This document shows positions 26,389 to 26,715 of a stretch of DNA of 26,715 nt, in pieces. The DNA comes from a virus (Duplodnaviria > Caudoviricetes). How positions within the stretch are numbered: the stretch's first letter is position 1; each line of letters opens with the position of its first letter. Where the stretch lies: IMG/VR virus record IMGVR_UViG_3300020042_004077, positions 1 to 26,715 of that record; one strand, given 5' to 3'. The position numbers and the translations under genes were made by a program. The notes below the pieces were generated by a model, which had not been told where the DNA came from, did not search any database, and saw nothing but the letters and a program-made list of their open reading frames with translations.

Positions 26389-26603
26389 TTCACCAACCCT
26401 CCCTTGTTGTTGATGCCCTTCAGATCAGAGACATCGGTTATTAAAACAAGATTGCTCTTGTGCATGGGTACTACGCACCGCTTGACCTGCTTGGCCGCAG
26501 CCTCCCCGCATGGCATACAAGTCTTGTATCCCAACGCCCATCGTGCGTGAGCCACCGGTGAGCCACATATGATGCAGTCTCTCGTATGGTTGTCTTGCGT
26601 CAT
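26385..26603 (-). CDS. DksA/TraR-like C4 zinc-finger protein (start MTQDN)
   Basis: CIICGSPVAHARWALGYKTCMPCG; ATG lies within the start-associated element. Confidence 0.65.
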   Translation of the reverse strand: MTQDNHTRDCIICGSPVAHARWALGYKTCMPCGEAAAKQVKRCVVPMHKSNLVLITDVSDLKGINNKGGLVK

Positions 26604-26636
26604 AGTTAGTACCCTTTCAGTTGATAGGACGTTAAT
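26601..26636 (-). promoter_or_regulatory. Start-associated hairpin element
   Basis: ATTAACG-TCCTATC-AACT-GAAAGGG-TACTAACT-ATG. Confidence 0.8.
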
Positions 26637-26715
26637 CAATGACGATGGATCGGTTGACGCTCAGTCTGCCCCGCGCTGCACCTGCCTCGTGCGTTTCGAT
26701 GTCGTCATACGACTC
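26632..26715 (-). CDS. 3' end of an ORF running in from beyond the window (…ESYDDIETHEAGAARGRLSVNRSIVID*)
   Basis: Open frame from the edge to TAA at 26634-26632, inside the repeat element. Confidence 0.55.
   Translation of the reverse strand, partial: ESYDDIETHEAGAARGRLSVNRSIVID

Noticed and set aside
21032-26636. CRISPR array (36-nt repeats, plus the Cas4-like gene elsewhere in the window)
   Set aside because: Repeats are separated by whole genes (about 0.9-2.3 kb) rather than ~30-nt spacers and include RBS+ATG; the Cas4-like nuclease is a normal phage replication gene

Overview
Fragment of a tailed dsDNA bacteriophage genome; host unknown. The + strand (1-5547) carries the 5'-truncated gene for a giant polyvalent/virion-type protein with MORN repeats, an HExxH metallopeptidase and an LPD38-like C-terminus. 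Everything from 5544 to the end is on the - strand. Read in transcription order it holds small early genes; a sigma70 promoter driving a DUF3150-like / MoxR-like AAA+ ATPase / peptidase-vWA operon; a dense cluster of small accessory ORFs; and a replication module (family A DNA polymerase with Leu762, Cas4-like exonuclease, HNH-like protein, SNF2 helicase, putative SSB, HTH, primase-DUF927 helicase). Non-obvious signals read from the sequence: (i) a conserved 36-nt start-associated hairpin that buries the Shine-Dalgarno of successive early genes, with upstream stop codons at its base; (ii) two structured intergenic RNA candidates, upstream of the primase and of the helicase; (iii) out-of-frame nested ORFs and an apparently inserted MORN module in the giant protein. 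All family assignments come from motif recognition by eye, not database searches.
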